Part shown: one piece after another, positions 48,771 through 61,735 of the stretch
Layout: each line of letters begins with the position of its first letter
How positions within the stretch are numbered: the first letter of the stretch is position 1
From: Eutreptiella sp. 'Long Island Sound 2002'
Taxonomy: Eukaryota > Protista > Euglenida
Assembly (NCBI GenBank): GCA_964036045.1
Contig: OZ038378.1
Location: forward strand, 168,516,001 to 168,580,000
Length of the DNA: 64,000 bases
Direction: 5' to 3'
The notes under the pieces: model-generated
Told to the model about the DNA's origin: nothing
What the model saw: the letters and a program-made list of their open reading frames with translations, nothing else
Databases searched by the model: none
Program-made: the position numbers and the translations under genes

Positions 48771-51130
48771 CCTCACTCTAATGCATTTGGGAGCAGCCTA
48801 CATTCGCTCTTCGTGCTTGCATTCGGATTGGGTGCTTTGTTGTTGTCGTCGTATCGTGTTTAGCTCAACCACTACCTTCGCCGTGGCTAGCCACGGATAG
48901 AGCCATTGCCTAGAGGGTGGGTGTGGTTGCCTAGCACGGACCAACAACCCAAATTGTACTCCAACAAGCATTCTATGCCTCACACACAAAGGCACACAAA
49001 ATTGGTCCAACAATCCATCTTCCAAAAAAAATTGTTAAAAGAAAATGGTTGAGGCAAGGCAGATGAAATTGATCCACAAGGACACTTTTGGATCACCACG
49101 CCTAGTGTTTGGATCAAAAATGATCCGATCACCGACCCCATAACCCCCCCCCCACCTGCATGCCGCACACATCACTGAAACGTGCCGGGGATGCTCCAAG
49201 AAAATTTGTTGGTTGTGGGGAGCATGTCCGTTCACAAATAGCATGGGGATGTCGCGCCCCCCCAACACTTTGCCACTAGGCCGCGGGGTGCTTCTTTTCG
49301 GGGTTGCAAGCTTGGTTTGTGAGCCATAGAAGCGAACCAACAAAGGAGCAATTTTGACATTGTGTGCCTATCTTTTCTGTGTTTTTTTGGGAAGTTAAAG
49401 TTTTGGATAATTTTTCAGATGAATCTGTGGATCAGTTCGTTGCTTTGTACTGGCATGTTACACTAGGTGTTGGATCATTTTTTCTAAAGATGAATTGATG
49501 GATGATTTCTTTGCTTTGTACTTGCACGTTACACTCGGTCACCACGTACGCTTTGAACGAAGCGGTAAATCATCGGTAAATTGGTAAATTGGAAAGACCT
49601 TTTGTTTCTTCCACATGCCTTTCATGTGCTTAATTTTTTGTAATGGTGCATTAGTTCGTGCAATGTGTGTGCACTTTGCAACTCTGGGTTCTTGGGGGGA
49701 GAGGGAGGTTTCTAGGGTAGGCGATCCGTGATCCACAGATCATTCTAGGGCGGGGAGGGGGGGGTTTATGGACCCCCGCGAATCGGACTTCCCAATGCAC
49801 TGTGGTCACGGGGGCGGGGGCGCGTGGGGCAGGAGGAGCGGGCCCCTCTGCCCAGGCTAGCTACCTAGTCATCCCAAGCCAACCGGCCGGCAAGTGAAGG
49901 TTTGGCCTTGCAATCCGCCGACGAGGCAAGTAGTTTCCGGGGGCTACCCCGGCTAGCTACCCATATCTAGCCATCCATAAACAACCGCGGGTCGCCATGC
50001 GGGGGTTGGGGGGGGTTCAATAGCACCGTGTCTAGGACTAGCTCCATTTGCTTCGATAATCATGACGTGTCTCGCCGCGGGAGGCATCAATTTTCATATA
50101 CATAATCGGGCCAGTAATCCATAAGGTTTGTACATGGGGATATGCGAGGTTTTTTCCGCGCACGGGACCGTGGAAGCTTGCTCACGCAAGCCTACCATAG
50201 CAAATCGGTGCACCTCTTGGAACCTCAACAAAGGACACGTGAACACACCCCTTTTAAGGTTTTTTTCCCGTGGCAACACAGGCGACTTATAGATGGTTGT
50301 CTTATCGTGCCGCTCTTCCCGCATGTTTCCTACATTTAGCGCATTGTGATGTGATGTTCCGGAGGAAATTTGCGACCAACACCTCGAGACATTGACGTGT
50401 GCGGAACCCAAGGATGAAGAGACAAAGGTAGTTTGCAAGGTGCGATTGAGCTTGGCCATAAGCTCCCAATGGTGTCGTGGGTGACAATTATTAGTCCGAA
50501 GTCTTGCCCGAAAAGCTTCATCCCAACGCACTCACGACCACAACATGCTTGTGAATCGTTTCGATATTTATGTTTCCGAATTTTAAACTTTTTGTTCTTT
50601 TTTGCAAATGGCATGGCGATCACAATCAACACAATTGTTTTGGTCGAAACGTCAAATTGTTCCTCCTTGGCTCATGAACTACGCGGAAAGGCCGACGAAT
50701 ATATCACGACCCATGGGGACCCCCATGTACCACCCAGAGAATTTGCAAGTTTCAAACATGCGGTGCATTATTTGCGAGTCTCGTAAGAACTAAATTCGTC
50801 TATTGTTCGTCGTCCGGCACGAGCGCAAACAAAAGCGATGATTTCGTTTGCGGTAGGTGTAGGGTTGTGGGTGTATGTGTTCATTCCTATGTCCTCAAAT
50901 CTAAGACGAAACCACCGAACCGGGTCGAAAGTGCGCAATTGGACGGAGTGCTACGGTTCGCGGTGGGAGGGGTGCGAAACAACCTAAATAGAACGGCCAC
51001 ACAATAGGTTGATTTAAGATTCGAAACGGGGGCTTGTAACCGCTCGTGCATTTGGAGTTCCTCTAGCAAGCAGGTCCGTGGCTTATGCAATCCACACGCC
51101 CTTGCACTTGTTCCCTCTCTTTTTAGTGAG

Positions 51131-54100
51131 ATGCGGTTGCGCAAGTGCTCAAGTGAACATTCTCGACATGAAACGGACATCATTACCCCGCATCAAAGCG
51201 CAGCCAGCCACTTACACAAGTCGATGGCTTCTCGGGTGCGTGCGCGCATGGACTCCGGGTTTGCCCCAATGTCAACACAGGACTTATGTGAGTTTGTGGA
51301 GCAGAGATTGTCTGGCAAATACATTGGTGTCGAAAGCAACCAACTGACCAAAGAAGGTGTGATCTCGCTTGGTATTTGACCTTGCTTACCTCCCCAACCG
51401 CGCAAGAGGAGACCTCCAAACTTTGACTAGCGCCTACTTCATGGAGCACTAAAGTAGCCCAAGATGGGTGCATTTCCTCCTCTTGGCCCTTGTGCTCTAC
51501 CTCCTTGGTTACCTCCCCATCTTGACACCCCGAGCAAGAGGAGACCTCCAAACCGAGAACAGCTCTGGCATAATGGAGCACTGAAGCACTAAAGTAGCCC
51601 AAGATCTCCCTTGTTATCTAATGTGTTGCCCTTAGGGGATCGCACAAGGCTATTTGTGTACATCCTTGTGCCATGTCTCCCTTTTTGTGTGCTACCATGT
51701 GTTCTCCTTCCCCACTGATTGTGACCTATTGTGCTTCCCTTTTTGATGTTTGCTATTTTGTGTGCAGCTTCGTGGGTGGTGGTAGTGGTGGTGGGTCTGC
51801 ATGACTTGCACTAGAACTCGGGGCCACCCACCCTACCAGCGTTGTGGGGTGTGGGAACTAGGCACTCACATTTTCCTACTAGCCAAGCCCGCAAGCCGTA
51901 GACTAGCTGGCCAGTGTTCTGGGGGCCTAGTTGTGGTAGCCTCTCCGTAGGGCAGCCACTCTGCGCGGGCCCACCACCACTGCGGGCAGTCCCACAGGAA
52001 GTGGGCCTTGTCTTTGTGCGGGGCACCACAGCGTAGGCAGCAAGGCGGTGGCCCTGAACGCTTGCTGCCGTCCACATTGCCGGTCGTGCCCCGGTGTGAG
52101 GACCAAGAAGACAACCTCCTTTGCCTAGGAGAGTTGTGAGGCGCCCCCCCCCCCCGTCCAGATGCAGGGGCATGGGTAGGGTCGGAGGTCCCCACAAGGG
52201 GACAAGCACTTCGCAATGCGGGGTGTGCTGTGGCAACCATGTGTGTTATGAGGGTTTGCACCTCACAATGTCACAAGAGAAAGAAAACCCCAATATCTCA
52301 AAATGTGCTTCCTACGGCCGCGATCACACGTCCACCTTGACCCTTGGGATCCATTGGGCTTGCCATGTGGCAACCCTCCCCACCTTCTGATGCAGCCTTC
52401 GGGGTCGTTGCCCCCAAGGAGTGTGGGGGCATACCCGTGGCAAGACCTCCATGGCCCGCTGCCGCATGCACCTTTGGTGCCCCCCAAGTGATGCTTGCGG
52501 CCCGGCGTGCCCCCGGGAATTGTGCCTGGGGACGTTGCCCCGGACTGTGTGAAGCGCCAGGCTATGCACACGGTGACAATGGCACCTGGCGGCGGACCGC
52601 CTACTATACTGCCAACAGACCGGTGCCAGGTGCTAATCCCCCTTGGCGGTCGGAATTCACACAAGCACATATAGCACTGCCATTATAGAGGCTAGCACCA
52701 CATTGCTAGGAGACTTGCCTCAAGCACCTGCGGGCGCCGGCGTCTCTGTCCGTGGAGGGGGAAGGTGTGTGACCTCTGAAGCTAGCACATTGCGCGAGGA
52801 GAAACGAGTTCTGAGCCCCTTGTCATCAGGAACCATTCATTTGGGAACCTCCATTCTTGGGGGTTGGAGCACCCCGGCCCCTGCATATGCCGCCACGCTT
52901 GCAGGGTACAGATGTGCCGAGAAACATGTGGAGATGCCAAGGTTGCTCGTTCCGCCTGTGGGGAGTCCAAGGCCTCCATGAGGTGCTATGCGGGCAGCGG
53001 GGGGCGCTGGATGACGCCTCCGCGGGTGGGGGTGGCGGGAGGGGGGGGTGTTGAATGGGCCACACCCCCTCTAACCCTGCATCCAACGCGTGGCGCACAC
53101 ACGACTACACTGGCTAGTCTTGCAAGCCAGGCGGCCAAGGGCCCAGCTGCCGTGGCACCACGCACAGTGGCCACCGTTGCGGCCTCTCGGATGGGGCCGC
53201 GCCTCCGAAGCTAGCCGGGCCCAATTCAGCAAGGCCAACATCACTGCCGCTCCTGCCTTGCGCTCCTACGAGCACTTGATATCTCGGGCCATGGCACGGC
53301 GGTGCGGGCGGCTATCCTCAATTGCTGGGCCCCTCATGGCCGGCCATGCGGCAGCGGTTGATGCCCTAGCCTAGGTGCCGGCTGCGGTGGTAGGAGGGCG
53401 CACCATGCTCCAAACACCGAGCCCCCACTGTCCCCCGCTCCTCTCCGGTGCGCTGGGCCATTGGCGCCTGGGGCACCCCCAGTGCCTGCGCCCAACACGG
53501 CCACCGGGGATGGGAGGGGGGGGGGGGGGGCTGGCACCGGGCCCCCATCCGCCAGCTGCAAGAAGTAGTCCACGAGGAAGCGCACCGCTGCACACCCTAA
53601 CAGGGTCCACAACAAACTGATTTTCCTTGCCACCACAAACTTGAGGGATGGTCGACACATACCATAACAGGACAGGGGTATGGGGTGAGCCCCCCCCCCC
53701 CAAGCCCTAGCTATTAGCCCTCACTATTTCACACACACACACCGGGGGGGGGGGGGGTTGAGGAGTTCCACAGCGGCACCCACAACGTGGCGGCAATTGA
53801 GCCAGCCCTTGTTCTGTAAAGCGGGCAGGCAAGCAACACTATTTGGTGTGGGGCTCACTCACCCCTCTCCCTTAAGAGGGCCGGCTGGGGTGCCTAACGC
53901 TCCCACCCCCTAGGAGGGCAAGCACCGTCGCGACGGCTGCATGGGAGGGCATCTTTGGAAGAGACATGGTCCCGGCTACCTTGCTCCTCTGTACCGCCGT
54001 ACTCCATAGGTAGGTGCCACTCACAGGGAGGTGGGTGCCCAGACTCAGAGTAAATGTGCCTTCTTTTGTGTGAGTTTCACCCCGTTTGGCCATTGTGTGC

Positions 54101-57100
54101 CGGGGCTGGGAGGGGTCCTTCCCAAAGGATTCGTGCACAACCTACTTCTATAGTTTTCAGCCTCAACATCTAAAAATTAAAATTTTGTGAAACTCATATG
54201 TACACCCCCCCCCCCGACAAGATATCCTACCCGGGACCCCCCCCCCACTGCCCCCCCCCCAAGGGCCCAAAAAGTTTAAGGGGGGGTTTGGGGTCAAGAT
54301 TTGAGTCTGTACGCCCCCCGTGCTTTAATTTTTGCAGGAAGACTTCTGCAACACAGAAAACTAAATTGACAAAAAGCAATGTGTGAAGGTTTGGCCGTTT
54401 TTTATGACATGAAGCCGTTGGGTAGCAAAAAGACCATACCGGCATTGAATATGTTTGCGCCGGGCCGCCAAAGCAATATACAAAGCACCTCGGTAAAAAA
54501 AAAAGGTGACATGGACTTAAATTGGGAATTTTTTTCCACTCCACTTCTTCTACTCCAAGGTACTGGTGCCCAAATAGGCCCCCATAGGTACCCTTCGTGA
54601 ACTAGCCGTTTGAATGGGCGATTCACGCTTTTCATGTTTTGCTCACTACTTGGTGCCATTGTGTCCGTTTATCCTCTTGTTTTTGCAGGAATGTAGAGAA
54701 TTGCAACGCCTGCACGCTTGTGAAAACGCTTTAATAAATGGACACCACGGCACCATGTTGTGAGCAAATCATGAAAAAACACGGACAAATTCACACGCTC
54801 ATGAACGGTACGTTCGTGCTCCATTCATGGGGTTGCTTTTCTCAGGTGCCTCAATTGTCATCATTTCACTTTCTAGGCATCGGCAGTCCCTACGATCCTG
54901 TGAAAACATCACCCCAAACGGACACCATGGCACCAAGTAGTGAGCGACACACCAAAAAACAAAGTCGGATTCACACGCTCATTCAAACGCCCAGATAGAA
55001 GAAATTCACGAAGGGTATTTGCAGGTACCGGGCTGTGTTCGGAGCATCAAGGTACCTTGGTGATAAAACCACCAAGTTCAGTTGATGCTCCGAACAAATT
55101 TTCCATGTGATATTTTTCAAAGATGTTCTCTTGCAGGTCAAGTATGACAGTGCCGGGGCGCCTGGCACATATCCTCGGCATGAACTATTTCACCAATAGG
55201 AACGGCAGGGAAGTCATGGATCACCCATGCACCATGGTGTTTTCTCGGCACCAAGTGATGTGGGTGCACCATCCAAAAGTTCATGTCAACATTCCACAAG
55301 ATGTCCCATCCCATCTTTTGCAAACCCCAATCAATTGACCCTTTTGGATAAGGGGATCTTGTTCTCAAGGCAGAATGGTGACAAGCCTACATTTGAGGAG
55401 TTTGATCACTGTTTTGACAATAAAGTCTGAAAATCCCATGTGCCGCTCTACATTCTTGCTTACAAGACAATCAAAAACAAAAGATGCGCTCGAATATGTG
55501 CAACAAGGGGTGGCAAAAGGGGTTGTGTGTTCCTGAAGCCACCTCTTCTCGCCAAAAAAATACACTGGGGCACCCCGGTGGCATCTTGGTAGTGTGTTTT
55601 TACCACTCATTGCACCTAATTAAGCAGTATATGCAAACATACGGCAAACACCCTGGTACCAGGGTGCTCAATATGGGAGGTATTGGCATATCAGTCATAA
55701 TAAGAAAAAAGAAAGTTTGCATAACCTCAATGATTGCTAGAGCAAAGATGCCCCCGCCCCCCCCCTTCTTGGATGGCAAGGATAAAATGTAGCACCCAGG
55801 TCTGGGGTGCTTGCACCAAGTGAGTGGATGGTTGCATGCACCTGGTGTTGTCAGCACATCACACAACTCTTGACAATGATTGAGACAGCCCTCAGACCTT
55901 GGCACCTGGGTGCCCCCTAATCATTCAGGAAATGGGGTGTGTGTGCCCGGTCTCATGTAGCCTTTATGCTAGGAGCACCAATCACATGTGACCATCTGCC
56001 CGCTCTCCCACAACAAGGTCATGTGCAATGTAATCATGCGTTCGAGCCGCACCCTAGGTTGTGTGTTGGCAGGGGGGCGCACCACCATCCCACCCTCATT
56101 ACACCCCCACACCGTGGTGAGGTATGTGCCCTTGGGCGGCATTGGGAGCAAACAGGAAGGTGCCGCAAGGGTAACAGGCAAAATGGGAGGCAACAACACA
56201 AGGCAGCACGCAAAGAGGCAGAGCACATGGCAGCACATAAAGAGGGATGTCACAACACACAAAAAGGGGACATGCACCACATGTGAGCACAACAAAAGGG
56301 AGGTGCAGCACAGGTCTGCACACAGAACAGAGGCACAACACAAGAGGACACACAAAAAGGGCGGCACAACACACAACAAGGGACATTGCACAGTGCAGTA
56401 CACGAAGAAGGAGCACCCGGGCATAGCACAGAGCAACATGTAGAGGGAGGGCTCAGCACAGGGCAGCACACAGAAAGTGCGGTGCACAACATGAATGCAT
56501 AGGGAAAGGCAGGAATAGCACACAAAAAGGGAGACACACCACACCAAAGGGGGACACAGCATAGGGCAGTACACCAAGAAGGAAGCACAGCACACAGCCA
56601 TTGAGGCACACCACAGGGTAGCACGCATGATGGGTGTCACAACACTACAAAGTAGGCATTAAGGGGGGGGGGGGTTCGCGACGGGACTTTTTTGCTGTGT
56701 GATATTTGGCGTTCCAAATTCGTGCCAAATTTCCTACTCAATTTTCAGGCTGCTGTGCAAAATAAATTCATGTCAAAATTTAGCAAATTGCTTGTCGCAC
56801 AGTTGCCTTTGTCACACACCGAGCATTTGTAGACGGTATACGGTCAAATTCTGTGGGTACAAATTGTCTCGCCATTGATTCATCCCGTTGTTGCACAGTT
56901 GTCCATTTTCTACCTACATTCTGCAGTTTTCTTTCCGCAATGCAACGTTCTTTTAGCCCAAGCCCAAAACAGATGAACGGTAGGAGAAGATTTCTGCGAT
57001 GGGTCAGCACTTGAAAGCCAATGGTGGAGTACGCCGTCAAATGCATTAGGCTCCATATTCGAACAAGGCATGGGCTTCATTGGGATGACAATAAACGGCA

Positions 57101-58849
57101 ACCCTCTAAGAATTAACGACACATCAGGAATTAACAGCAACCACCGGGAATCAGCAACAAGCCACTAGCAATCAACAACAAGCGACTCGGAATTAACAGC
57201 GATCCTCCAAGAATTAACAGCAAGCCACCAAGAAGTAACAGCAACCCTCTAGGAATTAACAGCAACATATTAGGAATCAAGAGCAACGAACAGGAAGCAA
57301 CAACAACCCTCCAAGAATTTACAGCAAGCCAGCACAAAGTAGCAGCAACCACTAGCAATTACATCAAACCACGAGATAGCCAAAGGCAATGTGTGCAGTG
57401 ATGTGCTACGGGGGGGCTTGTATGAGAAAATTTCAACACCGGTTTGTTCCGCACGCAGTTTGCGGGAAATTTCGCACCCACATGCTTTGAGCCTGCGTTT
57501 GGCACGCTGGACTTGCCATATTACAGTGTTTTTTGGTGTGTTTCAGCTTGTTTTTCTAGGAATTTTGCCAGAAATGTTGTTTTTTCGTGAATGCTAAGAC
57601 GGCAGGTGCAGCACAGAGCAGCACACAAGAGAGGAGGCACACACGCTGGCCCATTTGTTGTGAACTTTCACCTCAACACTCCTATCCCAACACCGCCAAC
57701 TGCCCTACGAACCGCTTTTTCTTTGCATGTACCCAGTTGTGGAGAATATCAAAAGCCACTGGATAGACGGGGCTGTGCTGGACGCCATGCGCCCCAAGGA
57801 TTGGATGGCGATCTGCCCGTACATCGGCCCACGCATCTATATCACGGAGGAGCTCAAGGCGCTTCGCCAGCCCTCCATCGGCACTGACACCCTGTCAGGC
57901 ACTTTGGCCTTGCAGGGCGGATCTTGCGGCAGCGTAAAAAGCCCCCGAACTTTCCGTGCCCCGTCATCCATGCCGGTGCAGTCTACCCCGTTCAAAACAG
58001 GACCCAAGTCCATGCCAACCCCGAATCTGAACCCGTCGACCACCAGCGTCAGCCCTCAGTGCCCTGGTTCGCCGCCTACTCCTACAACTGCCCCTGTCAC
58101 TGGGGACCCCGCGACAGCCCCCGCTGTAGGCGGCCGTACAACGAGCGTGAGCTTCTCCCTAGACTCCGTCACGCACCCCCCCACGCCCCCGCCGCCCAAG
58201 AAGCGGTTCTCGCTCTTCGAGCGCACCCCAAGTGACAGCAACGCCAGTGACAGCCACCGTGAGCAGCTCAGCCAGTTCATGCGGGAGACCAGCGACCATT
58301 ATGCGGCAGTGCCATGGCTCACCGTCGACCCCGTCACGGCGATGGGCAGCAGGAAAAAAGAGGCGTCTTTGACCGAATCCCCTGCCGCGTCCTCCGCCTC
58401 ACCAGTGGGTCCGAAACTTCCTCCGCCGGCCGATCCGTCCGCGGGCGACAGCACCTCGAAATGCGAGGGCCCCTTTGCGCGCCTCACCAGCAGCGATCAG
58501 TCCACGATTTTGCGTCCTGCCAGCGACCAGTCCGTGACGCCGCAGGTGACGGTGGACTCCCCCAGTACCACGGACCGGAAGGCGATGGTGCTGCCGGACA
58601 GTTTCCTGTCGACCCAACCAAATCCACGGGCGGACTCAGACTCCGCTAGCGCCTACGGAGACACCGATGGGGAGATGGAGAGGGTACGGTCCATGCCTTT
58701 GTCTGATGGTGGAGCCACCACCACCAACACACCACCACCACCACACCACCACCAACACCACCACCACCACCACCACCACCACCACAACAACAACAACAAC
58801 ACCAGCAATGCCACCACCACCACCACAACACCACCACCACCACTACACC

Positions 58850-58899
<50 letters not shown>

Positions 58900-59499
58900 G
58901 AACAACAACAACAACAACAACAACAACCACAACAACCACAACAACAACAACAACAATAACACCATCACTGCCACCACCACCACCACCACCACCACCACCA
59001 CAGTAGTGAGTCTAGAGCGGCAGTTTCAGTGCAACTGAGGCGCACAGCAGGCTGCTTCAGCTGGCCCAGGTGCCTAATAAGCCTGTGTCGAGAACCTCAT
59101 ACTGCGGTCTTCGCCGTGCGGCGCAGCGGAACGCTGATGCACAGACGCAAGCAATAGTTCCCAATATGCCTTTGCAGCCTGCACGTGGTGGTGGATCGTG
59201 TCTTCAGGTCGGATTTGCTTTGCAGTTAAGAGGTATGGCATAGATGGTAGGAATCTCAAAGTTCACAGAGTGATGGGTTCCGACACACAGCTCGAAGGGG
59301 GACAGGCTAGCAGCCTGCAAACGTAGCTCATCATCCACGAATCCACGAATCCACCACCACCACCACAACAACAACAACAACACCACCACCACCGCCACCA
59401 CACCACCACCACCACCACCACAACAACAACACCACCACCACCACCACTACCACCACCACCACCACACCAACAATAACAGCAACAACAACAGCAACAACA

Positions 59500-59540
<41 letters not shown>

Positions 59541-61735
59541 GCACCACCACCACCACCGCCGCCGCCGCCGCCACAACAACAACAACAACACGATCACTGC
59601 CACCACCACCACCACCACCACCACAACAACAACAACACCATCACTGCCACCACCACCACCACCACCACCACCACCACCACCACCACCACCACCACCACCA
59701 CCGCTGGCAGAACAAGGGAGGACAGTCACAGATCCGGCCGCAGGAGGAAAGCAATAGGTTGGGGTGGAATAGGTGCATCAGGACACATACTCACTTCTGT
59801 GTGGGCTGCCGTAAGTTGTCATGGGAAATGCTTAGCTCCAGCTCCTGCTGGGCCGTGAGTTCTCGTGTTTCCGGTCCCGGAAACATTGGGAAAGTTACTT
59901 TTTCGGAGGGTTGTGGGTCATTAGATAAAAGGGATGTGCAAGCCCCCCTCTTCAGCGCTAGGTCCTGTGCGGATGGTTCCGACTTTCAAAAATGGGAATT
60001 GCCTGTCTTGAACGACTGATTTCTTCTTCGGTTCTTGATGACTCTTGGGGAAAATCTATGTTTCAGTTTCAGAAGTCAACTGGACAAGTATCACGAACAT
60101 GCCGAATGAGCAAAGGGAATACGCACATGGTCTTAAGTCGCATGGGGCTTCGGACCACAGAGACCATCAGGGGTCGGATTTTTTTTTTGGAGATGGAGAT
60201 GGGGGTGGAGTTGGTGACGTCACAGATGAGGGGTTTCCACTTGATGGTCTGAAATGAACCATTTCGGGCAACGTTGGGCTGTTCTCCGGCCATAGGGAGT
60301 TCTGCCCCAGATGTTGTCCTGCTGTGTTGCAATGGGCCCCCCATACCCAATATTTGCACCTTCCGGGCCTGCACATCCCCACCGCAGGTGATTGACAATG
60401 AAATTGGGCTCATTTTGCTCCCACCAGTGGTTGTTTGTTGGGTCAATGGACCCCTTTGGTTGCAAGAAGGCCTTTTGGCACCCTCCACAACATTTGCGCT
60501 GATGCGTTTTTTCGTTGGGATTTCAAGCGGCACCTCAGCCCTTGCCGCTGCCGCTTCCCACGGGATTTCCATTGCGGGGATCAATAGAGCCGCCCACAAG
60601 GGGCCGCGTGGGCAATTTCAGAAAAGGTGAAGATAGCATTAGTGGAACGCGACGACGGAGGCAGAATTTTGTGCTATTTTCTGATCTGGGTGTCCATTGG
60701 TGGAACACGCCTGTTGTCCACCGTTGTTCGAAGTTTCCTTCCTGCAATGCCCCGATCTCTAGATCGGGGTGTCAACTTCTCTGCGCAACGACTACCCTGG
60801 TAGACGGCGCTGTTGATGGCCGCCACGCCCTTAATCCCCAAATCCCTGCCCTTCCCTCCCCCTTTCGACCGTGACCGTTTCCCCTTTGGCGGCTTCTCTG
60901 TCCCCTTCTTCCCCACAGATCAACGGAGGACCACAGAGGCAGTACCCTCCAGTGTCATGTGCTATGCTCAAGCAGCGGTCTGCGTTCTCGAACCACCCCA
61001 TCATTGACACCCAATGGGAGCCGGACCCCGAGCAGCATTGGTTACGGCAGACCTGGGAGCACATCGTGTTCTTCTTATTGAGGACGTTGTTCCATTTTCA
61101 GATTGTCCGGTGAGCCCCCCTCTAGTGTGGCCTCTGTTGGCGGCGGTCGATAGCTGAATGCGGGAGGAGGGTACTGGAGCCCAAGCTGAGCATTTCGGCC
61201 CCAGACTGTGCATGCAATATTCACTGCAGAGAAAGAATGACTCTGGGATGTGTCTTCCACTGGATAAACTGGAAACGGCCGAATGTCCACTGGGCGTTGC
61301 TGAGCCCGGGGATCTTCCTGTTGAGAAAGTGTTGTTGCCTGTCTTATGTCACAGACTCGTTACTTGACGTCATTGGAACTGGGCTCTCAGCCGTTGCATT
61401 TTTGTGCCATGGTCAAGAATGTCCACCAGAACGACAATTCAAATCCTCTCGTGGTGGCTCCGTTGTGGAATGGAACCTCTGTCACACTCAACAGACTGGA
61501 TACGGAAACTATGAGACTGACGGTTCAGCAGTGCTATGCAAAGGTGTCCCATTGTTTCTGCAGGAAATTTGGTTTGGGGTTACGCCACATCCCAACACTG
61601 GCCCTGCCTATCTTTTGCACTGGTATCTGCTACACCCGCAAATGGACTATCGATTTGTCGCCGTCTCTTTTCATCACGATTCTCGTCTTTCCTGCCTCAT
61701 TTGCCATGCATGCCGCTTACGCCCGCCGCGAACAG
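51131..61735 (+). CDS. Multi-exon gene: SAM domain, long Ser/Pro/Thr disordered region and bestrophin-like (UPF0187/YneE-related) membrane domain; probably continues past 61735
   Basis: Phase-compatible GT-AG exons 51131-51356, 57737-58683, 60919-61109, 61564-61735. SAM-like MSTQDLCEFVEQRL...KEV|VENIKSHWIDGAVLDAMRPKDWMAICPYIGPRIYITEELKALR is rebuilt across a 6.4-kb intron; membrane part WTIDLSPSLFITILVFPASFAMHAAYARREQ. True start and any exons between 58683 and 60919 are uncertain. Confidence 0.6.
51800..53650 (-). mobile_element. Degenerate non-LTR retrotransposon remnant in the SAM-gene intron
   Basis: CLRCGAPHKDKAHFLWDCPQW (zf-RVT-like CxxC...H..W.C) near 51990-52060; GC-rich broken frames upstream. 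Boundaries approximate. Confidence 0.5.
54591..55015. mobile_element. MITE with TA target-site duplication (Tc1/mariner-like), in intron of the SAM gene
   Basis: TA|cccttcgtgaa ... ttcacgaaggg|TA; long imperfect inverted arms (tggtgccattgtgtccgttt / aaacggacaccatggcacca). Confidence 0.8.
56180..56640. repeat. Degenerate CAC/purine-rich tandem repeat region
   Basis: Recurrent cacacaaaaaggg, gcagcaca and ggcacaaca motifs. Confidence 0.65.
57107..57362. repeat. 21-bp degenerate minisatellite (about 12 units)
   Basis: Unit resembling aggaattaacagcaaccctct repeated; stops occur on the plus strand. Confidence 0.8.
58717..59001. repeat. Compound (CAC)n/(AAC)n microsatellite
   Basis: Read directly. 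Confidence 0.97.
59350..59702. repeat. Second compound (CAC)n/(AAC)n microsatellite
   Basis: Read directly. Confidence 0.97.

Noticed and set aside
50341-50430. AG/GT-bounded plus-strand stretch reading AL*CDVPEEICDQHLETL (possible selenocysteine or F-box-like exon)
   Set aside because: No redox motif context, no SECIS seen and no link to a gene model; chance is as likely.
56910-57060. HWLSSADPSQKSSPTVHLFWAWAKR as a Tc1/IS630 DDE_3 motif
   Set aside because: Only faint resemblance to WP..SPDLNPIE..W; catalytic Glu absent.
57107-57362. 21-bp repeat as a heptad coiled-coil exon
   Set aside because: Multiple stops on the gene strand; lies within an intron.
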